A DNA stretch of 64,000 nucleotides, from contig CBFFRQ010000078.1 of the NCBI GenBank assembly GCA_965644315.1, forward strand, positions 186,001 to 250,000. The letters run 5' to 3'. The translations under genes were made by a program, and so were the position numbers. How positions within the stretch are numbered: the stretch's first letter is position 1; each line of letters starts with the position of its first letter. This DNA is from Caecitellus pseudoparvulus. Its lineage: Eukaryota; Protista; Bigyra: Bicosoecida. Below are positions 1 through 11,583 of this stretch, one piece after another. The notes under the pieces were generated by a model that saw only the letters and a program-made list of their open reading frames with translations, did no database searches and was not told the DNA's origin.

Positions 1-1174
1 CGCCCCGTGCGCCGGCATCCGCCACACGCGTGTCTGCCAGCTGCTTCACGCCAGCATACACCACTTCCAGGGTGGCCAGGTTCTGGTAGTACTCCTCCTC
101 GGCGGCATCTGCGTCAGCCTCCTCTGCCAACTTGGCTGCTCGCTGGGCGTCGTCGTCAAACTCGCGCTCCCGGAAGATGCCCTGGTCGTAGCCCACGCTC
201 TGTGCACGGGTGAGGGTGTAGTACTCCACCATTTCTGGAGCAACTGTGGGGATGGCATCCTCTGGCTTCATGTAGTTCCACTCGCGCCAGTCGGCAAGGT
301 ACTCCTCATACTCAAGCTCGGCAGTGGACTTGATGCTCTGCTCAAAGTGCCGGGAGGCCACCTGCCCGTACGTCAACGCCTGGGTGCGCAGGAACGCCAT
401 TTCATCAATGGACAAGTCTCGCAGGTGTGCCGCAGGCGTGCCCGTCCACAGCTGGCCAGGGGGGATGATGGTCCCTTCCGGCACCACAGCGCCGCCGTCC
501 ACGAAGGCATCCTTCCCCACCTTCACGCCAGGGCCCAGCTTGGCACCCATGCCAATCATAGCTCCATCCTCGATACTGGCTGAGACGATGTGCGCACCGG
601 GAGCTGCGGCAGCGGGGAGAGGGGACGGGCGCAGTGCAGGCCAGGCGCCAGCGGCATTTCCGCACTGTACCCTGCTCACCGATGACAACATCGTCCCCGA
701 TGACGGTCATAGGGTGGCCTTTCGCAGCCTCCACGATGGCATTGTCCTGAATGCTCACGTTGCGACCAATCTTCACGCTGTTCTTGTCACCTGCAGACAG
801 CAGCGAGGCACAGTGCAAGCTTGGTCATGAACTCAATCCCGCACTCCAACTCACCTCGCACGAGGGCCCCGTAGAACACTGCCGACAGCTCTCCAATCGT
901 CACATCACCGATGACTGAAGCAGACGAAGCCACGAACAGCTGCATGCCGTGCTGCAGCTTGCCGCCCTTCATGGCCACCACGCGAGTGGAGGGCACCACT
1001 GCAGACGGTGGAGGTGGCGGGTGTGGCGCCGGGAAGGCGACTGGGGCTGGCGCAGCTGCACGCACGGCGTTCAACGTAAGCTTCACTGCCCTGGAGTGTC
1101 ACACCCACACTGTCGACCCACTGCCCCACGGCTCGCACCACCGCGCCCATGGCGCGTGTCACCCGCTGTGCCAT
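1..1174 (-). CDS. Gamma-carbonic-anhydrase-like protein (mitochondrial complex I accessory subunit type); 3' end runs off the window
   Basis: Spliced model: exons 1174-1066, 998-855, 790-680, 603-<1; GT-AG introns 999-1065, 791-854, 604-679. The product has the plant/protist gamma-CA N-terminus (AVVRAVGQWVDSVG) and left-handed beta-helix hexapeptides (ASVIGDVTIG, VRGDKNSVKIG, IEDGAMIGMGA, GQLWTGTPA). Confidence 0.85.
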
Positions 1175-1674
1175 GGCTGCACTGAAGCGTCAACTCCGGG
1201 CGCAGTCTGCCTCCGCACAGGAAAACAGGACGAGGCTCAAGATGGCATGAGCTCGCAGAGTCCCACTTGCCGAGTGGCTGCCACGTGCTTTTGAGAGGCT
1301 TGCTGATTTGCCCAAGTGGGTGGAGTGCGCCGTGCAAGCATGTTGTCCCCAGGTCCCGCACTTGTGCGCCTCCTGAGACCAGCTGCAAAACAAGACCTCA
1401 GGCACATAATCCCGTCATCCAAGTCGAAGAGGCTGTCGTGTGGCTTACGGCCACCACATCACAGGCCTGCGCGTGCTGCTGGGCTGCGCCAGTGTCAATT
1501 GCTCGTGCGAGCGCACGGTGCCAGTGTGTGCATGCCCAGCTACTGAACCCGTACGGCCCCCAATAAGACTCTTAAAGCACAGCTTCCAGCCCCTCTCCTT
1601 GCCTGCGTGGCCAGGCGAGCGCTTGCAAGTCTGCCGAGTGTCCTGTGGTTGACTCCCTTCAATTTCCGCTGCTC

Positions 1675-4600
1675 ATGGACAAGTTTCTCGAGCTGACAGA
1701 AGCACAGTTGGATGGCTTGCGGGATGAATTCGACAAAGCTGATGGTCTGTCTGTGGAGGAGTTCGTCAGCGTCATGCTGAAGCTACTCCCGCAGCAAGAT
1801 GGTCAGCAGCGGCTGGAGCTGGTTCATGAACTATCTGACCTCTTCGCACAAGTGGACATCAACGGCGACGGCAGCATGGAGTTTGAAGAGTTCACCCACT
1901 TCTTCATCTCATCAGGTGCGCCCCCCGGCCAGTGCACGCGCTTCCTCCCCTCTCCGCCACCCTGCTGCTACCCTGTGCTTCCCAGGCATGACACGGAATG
2001 AGTTCAAGCCCCGCCTCAGCTACGCGATGCAGCAGCACTTGCAGTTTGAGCACCGCACGAAGCACCGAATGTGCATTGCTCGACTGAAGTACCTCCCTGC
2101 ACTGCAGAAGATTGCTGCCTTGGAAGCAGGGACTGGGAACGTGGTCTTCTACAATGCTGCCGTGCCGCACCTGGCAGACGGCATGCCCATCGTAGCCTCG
2201 GTGAACGTGAACGAGGCAGGCGAGCACGGCAGCGTTGCACGGGACGTGCTGTACATACCCGAGTACTGCTGCTTGGTAGTGACAGTCACGAGCTTTGCCA
2301 TTCACGTGTACGATGCCACGGGTCTCTTGCCCTCGCGAAAGTACTTCAACCAGCTGGACCACATCCAAGCCGCGAAGCAGGCACAGATCCAAGGCAAGGC
2401 CCTGGGGCAAGGCGGAGACATCCTCGACGACAAGGGAATCCTGCGACTGGACGAGCCGCCCGAAGTGGCAGACTTGATGAGCAGCCTGCGGTGTGCAGTG
2501 CCTCTGCTGCACTCTCAGCACACGTCCACGCCCCAAAGTGAGCTGGCTTGGCACCATTCACAGCGCGAGTTGCTGTCCTGTGGCACCGAGCCATCCATAT
2601 ACAGGTGGAGGTTCAGCATCAAGGTGCATGGATGGAACGGGAAGTCTGTCCACATGACCCCGGGGGGTGTCCTCCAGGCACACACTGACAAGGTCTCGCG
2701 CTTAGTCATGGTTCCGCTGGCAAACCCACTGGAGCGGTACAGCTGCCTCATTGGCACGCAGGGACACAGAAGTGCAGCAGCACCCCCACCTGTCCTCAGG
2801 GGCCTTGACGACGTGCTGGTGTCCGTCGGAGTCGACCACAGGTTCTGCGTCTGGCGCTGGGGTGAGAAGGGCGTCTCTGCAGTCGCGAACAAGCGAGTGC
2901 ACGACAAGGGCATTCAGCACGCGGCCCACATCCCCCAAAGCAACGTCATTTTAACGGGGGGCTTCGACCACTATGTTCAAGCCTGGGACTTGAACCTTGA
3001 AGACGGCTCGCCCGTGTTTCGACTGCCGCATCACGAGGGTGGAGTGCTTGGGCTCCATGCCTTCCCAGGGCGTGAGCAAGCAATCACTGTCGATGCAGCG
3101 GGCATGTTCCGATGGTGGGACTGCACTAACAGTGTGAGCCTGAGCGAGAGCGACCGGCTGCTGCAGATGTTCCAGCCAACCATGTCAGCAGGAAAAACGT
3201 ACCCCGCAAGCGGGCTAGTGTGCGTGCCACAGTTCAGAGATCTGGAGTTGTGGGCGAGAGGGGCCCAGGTTGGGCCCGAGAGCCAGAGATTGGGCCGTTC
3301 TATGGAAGTTCTGGACATTTCAAGCTTCACTGACGAAGAAATCGCTGCGCTGGATGCAAGGGCAGTGAAGCCAACCCGCACAGGAGCTGCCTCGGTGCAA
3401 GCCGCTACACCAGCGCAGCAGGTCACTCTTCGCTCACACAGCGACGCGAGGGACACCTCAGCAGTTGGGTGTGGGTCTGTCATCAGCTGTGGTCCTAGGC
3501 TGAAAGCTTTCGAGCTCATGAGGACGACAGACTCCAGGTCGGACCCTGTTGGTGCGACGTTCAGTGCGGTGACGCGGGAAGTGTATGTGGTCGTGGACGC
3601 CGACCTGAAAGTGTTCGATGCCTTTACAGGCACACCGAAGCGCCTGTACAAGGGGATTCTGGGGGCGAATATCAGCTGCTTCCGCCTGGATGATGGGGGG
3701 CGAAAAATTGTCATGGGGACAGCAACAGGGCGGTGCACTGTGCTGAACGCATACACTGGCTGCATGATCACCAACACGCCAGAACACTCCCATGAAGTCA
3801 GCGTGTGCCTTTCGCTGGCAGAGGACAACATTGTTGTGTCCATGGGGCGGGATGGCACACTGCGAATGTGTGATGAGTTGTTCGAGACGGACGGATCCGA
3901 GCCAGGCCCGGACCATCTCCAGCACCTACCGGGAACGCACCCGAGGGGTCAACCGGGCGACGCGATGGACTACGAAGCACGGGCTGCGAAAATTGTTGCA
4001 CAAGAAGCTGTTCTTGCTGAAGTTGACGCGGTTGACCGAGGGGTAACGGAACTAAACCGGACTGGTTACAGAGCTGGAGCGCAGGATATGGTCCTGCGCC
4101 AAGTGCCGCGAGCCCACGATGGGGACGCAATCTGCGCTGGGACCGCATGCCACAAACAAAGTATCGTGGCATCTGGGGATCCACGAGGGAGGGTGCGTCT
4201 GTGGGACTTTTGCTCAGCTGCCTTCATTGGGGAGGGAGTGGGGCACGCCACAGCAATCACGGGCATGTCAATCCTGCACCCGTACCCTGCCCTGGTGACA
4301 TGCGATGCATCGGGGGCAATTGGCATGTGGGATGTTTCCCCCGTGTCCTCAGCACGTTCCCACCTCTCGGCATTGGTGTGGACCTCAGTGCAACGGCTGC
4401 GTGGGCACAGCAGCTCAGCCTCAGAGGACCGAGAAGCAGAGGGTGCAACTTGTATGACAACTGTGCCAAGCCATGAGAGGGGTACCACTGCAGCCCCTCA
4501 CATCGCCTTGGGGACAGACTCTGGCTGGATTGTTGTGGTGGACTTCTCGAACGTGCTGGCCGCCTCTGGCATGCAACCCCTTGACCCTGCGCGCCTTCCT

Positions 4601-7600
4601 GCAGCCCAAGCCGACTACTCTGCTCACATGCGCCGCACGAGCGCCGGAACAGGAGGGAGACCAGCGCCTGATGTCATGGAGCTCCGCAAGACCGGCGCAT
4701 GGGAAGCAGCGTTACCAGGGGCAGGGCCACGGCAAGCTGGGGATGGCCTTGTGACGGTCAGGTCATGGCAGGTTGTGGACGGCGGTGCCATCCGCTCCGT
4801 ATCCGGTTTTGGGACGACTGACACCCCAATAATTATCTCCACTGATTCACTTGGAGGATTGACTGTTTTTCGGGGCAGTGAAGGGACTACTGGTGAGCCA
4901 GTTGGCGAGATCCTCTGCTACCTGCACACGTCTGCTGCGACCGCCAAGCCGCCTGCTCCAGAAGCATGGAGGTTCCCACTCGATGCACAGCGACAGCATG
5001 AGATGTGCTTGGTTCAGGCTAGGGCACTGCTCGACAGAGTCCTTGTACGCGAGCGTGAGGGTCGGGATTCCGCAACCCCAGCGGACAAGCTGGAGGCTGA
5101 GCCGACAAGGACCCCCTCAGCCAGCTCAGGGGATGAGGTGCCGAAGGATCGCCGAGAGCAAGTCATGGGAGTGAAAGCAAGCGATGACGATTCAACGCGG
5201 CAAGCGGCAGCGGAGGCTTCAGCACCTAGCGCCGAAAGTGGTGCTGGTGTTGTCATCAGCAGCGAACAGCGCAGCGCCCGGTCCTCGGATGCTCCCGGGA
5301 TTGACGGTGCAAGAGCAGCTTTTGTGCAGCAGCTCTTGACGTCTCTGGTCCGGGATGCTAAGGATGTGGAAACGCCAGATGCCTCTGTTTCTGAGAGGCG
5401 CCATCGCACCGACACCCCAAGGGGGTGCAGCGCCGCTTCGTCGTGCTCAGGCTCACGAGAGGATGCAAGAGACGACGCCGCATCAGCTGGGCGGCGCTCG
5501 TCGACGTCAGAGTACTCCAGCATCACGCACATGAACCTCGCATTCATGCAGGGCTCTCCAGAACAAGGATCGCTCGATGGACTCCCGCATGAGCATACCT
5601 CGGCAAGCCCTCAACCCGAGGTCGACCACTTTGCAGGGCGTCGCCGCATTGAGAACGTGCAACAACTCATTCGTGCACGGCAGCAAGCAGATGGGCAGGC
5701 ACACGATCAGCCTTCGTCGAAGCAGCACTTTGATTGCCTGATTGGTCCTCGGATAGGAAGGGTGAACACGACACGAGAGTCGCTTGCTTGCTGCACAAGC
5801 AAGTCTGCTCGGAGAAGAGGCATCCTGGCAGAGCGAGAAACATTTCAAGAGTTCTCTTCGAAGACTTTGCAGTTCCTCTACCCGGCCCTGTCAAAAGAAA
5901 CAGCAAAAGCCGGCTCCGCCCTCACAACACCCTCAACTCGCTCGCAGCGCGCAGCAAGTCTGAACTGGCGCAAGCGCGAAGACTTGCAGCGACTGAGGAG
6001 CCGAACAGACGCCTTCCTTTCAAACGTTCAGCGCCAGAAGCCGTCGCGGCGACCCAGTGGTTTGCTGCATGAGTCAATAGGGGGGACGCCCCCCCAACGC
6101 AGGGTGGACACCGACGGCCGAGAGGCGAAGGAGACGAAACAAGTTGGGCCGGCGAAGCTGCCACACCACGGAATCCTGAGCCGTGCCGCTCATAGTAGTC
6201 GCTCTCCAACACGTCTCAGCCCTCTGAAGAAGAGGTCCAGCTCCAGAGTGACTCCCAGCGCCCCTAAAGACCTCACACCATACAGAGACCTGACGAGCTC
6301 TGAAGCCAGGATCGACGTGCACAGCTTGGCTGCTTCAGAAAGCAGGGTGCCCTCGCTAGCGAGCAGTGAAGGCCCCACAAACCAGAAAGACTGTGGTCCC
6401 CAAGCACGCAGGGTGGGAGGGGCAGAAGGGTACAGTGAAGCATCCTTCAAATCTCTCGGATCTCTCGACGAGAGGGACGCCCTGATCAAGCAAGCATACC
6501 CGCCAAGCCTGGCAGGGGACACAGCAAGCTTGGGCAGGACTGCACCACGCTCAAAGTCGAAGCTTCAGCGACCCACGAGCATGCTCCACGCCTTTTCAGA
6601 CGCAGCTGTGTACCGCAGCGTGGATGACAAGGAGTTGTTCAAGTTCGCTGAGACTGAGGTGGAAGCTGACGCCATGCGCTCCGCATCAGTGCAGGCAAAG
6701 CTACGCATGCAGCTGGAAGAGCAACTTCCAGTGACTGAAGAAGAGAGCCTTACATTGTCCCAAGGGCAGCGAGGAGCACTGCGGAGACGTGCCATGGCAC
6801 ACCTTCCACTTGCAGCTGTGGAGGAAGCAGCACGCAAAGCTCGATCCAGCATCCGGTCAGTTGCAGACATAGTTTTGGCAAGGCACAATGCCATCCGAAA
6901 CATGCAAGAGGCACTTCACCGAGCGCACCACCAAGGAGACACTCTGTCAGGCGGGGCTCAAGACCGGCTTCATGGTCCCAGTCTTGCGAAGAAGCGGCTG
7001 TTCGGACCCTACAGCAAGGGTGAAGTTGATGCCTTCAAGGAAGCGTTCGGGAGCATGGACGCAGACGGCTCCGGCACTGTGAGCTTGCAGGAATTCTTGG
7101 CCAGCCACACCGTCAACAACACCGCGCAAGAGCGCCGCCACTATCAGAGTCTCTTCATGGCTGCCGACACTGACGGCAGTGGGGATCTCAGCCTGGAGGA
7201 GCTCATTCCGATCGTCTTCCCGGCTGCGGCTCGAGACACGAGGGAGGAAATCATAGCATGGGTTCGGTACCGCGCGCCAAGCGACCCCCCACCCCGGCGT
7301 ATGCACCAAACGTTCCCCCCTGAAGTGGTTGAGCAGCTCAAGGCACTCTTCAAACTCCTCGATGTCGACGGCAACGGCTCCATCTCTCTTCTTGAGTTGC
7401 AAGAGGGTCTCGCAGAGGCACGAGAGGTCTATGCCAAGGAGCATAAACGGACGAGCGAAGTTGAAGGGCACACATTGGCCCCCATTCTGGACGACTCGCT
7501 GCGAACCCTCGCCTTGGAAGCTGCCCGAAAAGAGTTGGAGTATGAACAGGCCAAGCAGGCAGCCTTGGGCGCAGCGAAGAAGTATGCGGGCTCCGGGCAA

Positions 7601-8053
7601 GTCCAGCAAGCGGCCGATGAAACACAGAGAACACCAAGGGCAAAGCCCAGTGTGCAGGAAGCTGAACAGCTGACCCCACAGCGCCCACGAATGCGGGTGC
7701 CCCCTGCCGTGGCGCTCCTGAAGGCTGGCGCAGAGGAAAAACAGGACACAGGAAGTGCAGCTTCGGCGAGACACTCACAGCAGCAGCCACCAAAGCACTC
7801 GGTCGCGATGTTGAATCTGATGCCTCAGTTCATGGAGGCACTCAAGCAGCAAGCAGCAGCAGCCTCTCACGTCAGTGTGCCCGAGCCTGAGCAAGCTTCA
7901 CAGGACGAGCACAGTCGTAACCACGCAGCGGGCGAACTGTCCTTATCAGAGTTTGTGCAAATGCTTGGTCCAACCTTCTCGATTACCCACAAGCCTACGG
8001 CAGCACAGAGAAAAGCGGCCGCAATTCTTCGAGAGCTGGAGCAGAGAACATGA
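1675..8053 (+). CDS. Large EF-hand + WD40-repeat protein (WDR49/EFCAB8-like architecture) with additional C-terminal EF-hands
   Basis: ATG 1675; intron 1916-1985 joins the EF-hand exon (DINGDGSMEFEEF) in frame to the 1799-8053 ORF. WD40 signatures include LTGGFDHYVQAWD and GRVRLWD. C-terminal EF-hands: DADGSGTVSLQEF, DTDGSGDLSLEEL, DVDGNGSISLLEL. Confidence 0.8.
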
Positions 8054-8227
8054 GCTACAAACGCTTGGAACCAGTCAATAGGTCACCATGAACATGTCAA
8101 TTCACCATGAACCCTCGTGCACAAGCGCAACAGCTCTCTCACGCATCACATACTCTGCGAGTGTCACATGTGTGTGATGGGTGGCGGGGTGGGACGGCGA
8201 GGTGTGTTGGGTGGGCGAGCGTTGGCG

Positions 8228-8235
8228 AAAAAGAA
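8228..8235 (-). terminator. RNA polymerase III terminator (TTCTTTTT) at the 3' end of 5S copy 1; repeated after every copy
   Basis: T5 run immediately 3' of each 5S gene on the minus strand. Confidence 0.8.
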
Positions 8236-8353
8236 TCAGCAGTACTCGGGATTCCCGTGTAGTCCCCTACCACAGTACTAACCGAGCTCGGCCCAGCTTG
8301 GCTTCCGGGTGCGGAATGGATCCGGGCATATCCTGGGCGATGTGACCGCTGCT
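8234..8353 (-). rRNA. 5S rRNA copy 1
   Basis: The reverse complement AGCAGCGGTCACATC...GGATCCATTCCGCACCCGGAAGCCAAGC...GGTTAGTACT...GGGAATCCCGAGTACTGCTGATT is 120 nt, has the eukaryotic 5S layout, pairs its termini in helix I and is followed by a T-run. Confidence 0.93.
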
Positions 8354-8736
8354 GGGGGTGGGCCACCCGCCACACACCTTGAGGCCGCAGAGCAGACGGC
8401 AGGCCCCCTGCAGTGCAGTGGGCGCCGCACCGGCCCACGTCGCCACACCACACCTCCACCCATGGCCTGGCCCACTGCCTGCCACACCCGCGCATGGTGG
8501 GCCACCCCTGCCGTGACGTGCCGTGCCCATGTGGCTGCAGGGTGTTCGGCGTGTGCAGCCACATGGGCGCAGGCGGCTGACAGGCGGGCGGGCCACGGCA
8601 GGTGGAGAGTTGAAGTGTAGAATGGTGGTGGAGGTGAGGTGGGAAGGATGCTGTGTGTGCTGGGTGGTGGGTGTGTGGTGGGTGTGGCGGGGTGGGACGG
8701 CGAGGTGTGATGGGTGGGCGAGCGTTGGCGAAAAAG

Positions 8737-8856
8737 AATCAGCAGTACTCGGGATTCCCGTGTAGTCCCCTACCACAGTACTAACCGAGCTCGGCCCAGC
8801 TTGGCTTCCGGGTGCGGAATGGATCCGGGCATATCCTGGGCGATGTGACCGCTGCT
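8737..8856 (-). rRNA. 5S rRNA copy 2
   Basis: Same 120-nt sequence as copy 1. Confidence 0.93.
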
Positions 8857-9237
8857 GAGGGCGAGCCGCCCGCCACACACCTTGAGGCCGCAGAGCAGAC
8901 GGCAGGCCCCCTGCAGTGCAGCGGGCGCCGCACCGGCCCACGTCGCCACACCACACCTCCACCCATGGCCTGGCCCACTGCCTGCCACACCCGCATGGTG
9001 GGCCACCCCTGCCGTGACGTGCCGTGCCCATGTGGCTGCAGGGTGTTCGGCGTGTGCAGCCACATGGGCGCAGGCGGCTGACAGGCGGGCGGGCCACGGC
9101 ACGTGGAAAGTTGAAGTGTAGAATGGTGGTGGAGGTGAGGTGGGAAGGATGCTGTGTGTGCTGGGTGGTGGGTGTGTGGTGGGTGTGGCGGGGTGGGACG
9201 GCGAGGTGTGATGGGTGGGCGAGCGGTGGCGAAAAAG

Positions 9238-9357
9238 AATCAGCAGTACTCGGGATTCCCGTGTAGTCCCCTACCACAGTACTAACCGAGCTCGGCCCAG
9301 CTTGGCTTCCGGGTGCGGAATGGATCCGGGCATATCCTGGGCGATGTGACCGCTGCT
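9238..9357 (-). rRNA. 5S rRNA copy 3
   Basis: Same 120-nt sequence as copy 1. Confidence 0.93.
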
Positions 9358-9740
9358 GAGGGCGAGCCACCCGCCACACACCTTGAGGCCGCAGAGCAGA
9401 CGGCAGGCCCCCAGCAGTGCAGCGGGCGCCGCACCGGCCCACGTCGCCACACCACACCTCCACCCATGGCCTGGCCCACTGCCTGCCACACCCGCGCATG
9501 GTGGGCCACCCCTGCCGTGACGTGCCGTGCCCATGTGGCTGCAGCGTGTTCGGCGTGTGCAGCCACATGGGCGCAGGCGGCTGACAGGCGGGCGGGCCAC
9601 GGCATGTGGAGAGTTGGAGTGTAGAATGGTGGTGGGGGCGAGGTAGGAAGGATGCTGTGTGTGCTGGGTGGTGGGGTGGTGGTGGGTGTGGCGGGGTGGG
9701 GCGTCGAGGTGTGTTGGGTGGGCGAGGGGTGACGAAAAAG

Positions 9741-9860
9741 AATCAGCAGTACTCGGGATTCCCGTGTAGTCCCCTACCACAGTACTAACCGAGCTCGGCC
9801 CAGCTTGGCTTCCGGGTGCGGAATGGATCCGGGCATATCCTGGGCGATGTGACCGCTGCT
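9741..9860 (-). rRNA. 5S rRNA copy 4
   Basis: Same 120-nt sequence as copy 1. Confidence 0.93.
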
Positions 9861-10243
9861 GAGGGCGAGCCACCCGCCACACACCTTGAGGCCGCAGAGC
9901 AGACGGCAGGCCCCCTGCAGTGCAGCGGGCGCCGCACCGGCCCACGTCGCCACACCACACCTCCACCCATGGCCTGGCCCACTGCCTGCCACACCCGCGC
10001 ATGGTGGGCCACCCCTGCCGTGACGTGCCGTGCCCATGTGGCTGCAGGGTGTTCGGCGTGTGCAGCCACATGGGCGCAGGCGGCTGACAGGCGGGCGGGC
10101 CACGGCAGGTGGAGAGTTGAAGTGTAGAATGGTGGTGGAGGTGAGGTGGGAAGGATGCTGTGTGTGCTGGGTGGTGGGTGTGTGGTGGGTGTGGCGGGGT
10201 GGGACGGCGAGGTGTGATGGGTGGGCGAGCGGTGGCGAAAAAG

Positions 10244-10363
10244 AATCAGCAGTACTCGGGATTCCCGTGTAGTCCCCTACCACAGTACTAACCGAGCTCG
10301 GCCCAGCTTGGCTTCCGGGTGCGGAATGGATCCGGGCATATCCTGGGCGATGTGACCGCTGCT
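10244..10363 (-). rRNA. 5S rRNA copy 5
   Basis: Same 120-nt sequence as copy 1. Confidence 0.93.
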
Positions 10364-10746
10364 GAGGGCGAGCCACCCGCCACACACCTTGAGGCCGCAG
10401 AGCAGACAGCAGGCCCCCTGCAGTGCAGTGGGCGCCGCACCGGCCCACGTCGCCACACCACACCTCCACCCATGGCCTGGCCCACTGCCTGCCACACCCG
10501 CGCATGGTGGGCCACCCCTGCCGTGACGTGCCGTGCCCATGTGGCTGCAGCGTGTTCGGCGTGTGCAGCCACATGGGCGCAGGCGGCTGAGAGGCGGGCG
10601 GGCCACGGTACGTGGAGAGTTGGAGTGTAGAATGGTGGTGGAGGTGAGGTGGGAAGGATGCTGTGTGTGCTGGGTGGCGGGATGGTGGTGGGTGTGGCGG
10701 GGTGGGACGGCGATGTGTGGTGGGTGGGCGAGCGTTGGAGAAAAAG

Positions 10747-10866
10747 AATCAGCAGTACTCGGGATTCCCGTGTAGTCCCCTACCACAGTACTAACCGAGC
10801 TCGGCCCAGCTTGGCTTCCGGGTGCGGAATGGATCCGGGCATATCCTGGGCGATGTGACCGCTGCT
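10747..10866 (-). rRNA. 5S rRNA copy 6
   Basis: Same 120-nt sequence as copy 1. Confidence 0.93.
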
Positions 10867-11249
10867 GAGGGCGAGCCACCCGCCACACACCTTGAGGCCG
10901 CAGAGCAGACGGCAGGCCCCCTGCAGTGCAGTGGGCGCCGCACCGGCCCACGTCGCCACACCACACCTCCACCCACGGCCTGGCCCACTGCCTGCCACAC
11001 CCGCGCATGGTGGGCCACCCCTGCCGTGACGTGCCGTGCCCATGTGGCTGCAGCGTGTTCTGCGTGTGCAGCCACATGGGCGCAGGCGGCTGACAGGCGG
11101 GCGGGCCACGGCATGTGGAGAGTTGGAGTGTAGAATGGTGGTGGGGGCGAGGTAGGAAGGATGCTGTGTGTGCTGGGTGGTGGGGTGGTGGTGGGTGTGG
11201 CGGGGTGGGACGGCGATGTGTGGTGGGTGGGCGAGCGTTGGAGAAAAAG

Positions 11250-11369
11250 AATCAGCAGTACTCGGGATTCCCGTGTAGTCCCCTACCACAGTACTAACCG
11301 AGCTCGGCCCAGCTTGGCTTCCGGGTGCGGAATGGATCCGGGCATATCCTGGGCGATGTGACCGCTGCT
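11250..11369 (-). rRNA. 5S rRNA copy 7
   Basis: Same 120-nt sequence as copy 1; only ~93 bp of upstream spacer is retained. Confidence 0.93.
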
Positions 11370-11583
11370 GAGGGCGAGCCACCCGCCACACACCTTGAGG
11401 CCGCAGAGCAGACGGCGAGCCCCCAGCAGTGCAGTGGGCGCTGCACCAGCCCACGTCGCCACGCCAAGGACAAAGATTGGTCATATGAAAGGATGCCCGA
11501 CTTTAGATCACGGTGGCTGTGTTTGATTCATGTGCTTCAGGTTCGTATTGTGGCTGGCTGTGTTCGTAGCTACGCGGTCAGTT

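Larger units (their letters stand above)
8179..11462. repeat. 5S rDNA tandem array, ~6.5 units of 501-503 bp (seven 5S genes, six complete spacers)
   Basis: Near-identical units recur with 5S 3' ends at 8234, 8737, 9238, 9741, 10244, 10747 and 11250. One unit is 2 bp shorter (ccgcatgg vs ccgcgcatgg). Confidence 0.97.

Noticed and set aside
8139-11484. Many repeated ORFs (e.g. MWLHTPNTLQPHGHG..., up to 433 aa) and a possible CRISPR-like or repeat-protein array
   Set aside because: These are translations of the GC-rich 5S rDNA unit. The spacers are near-identical rather than unique, so this is not CRISPR, and frames shift between units.
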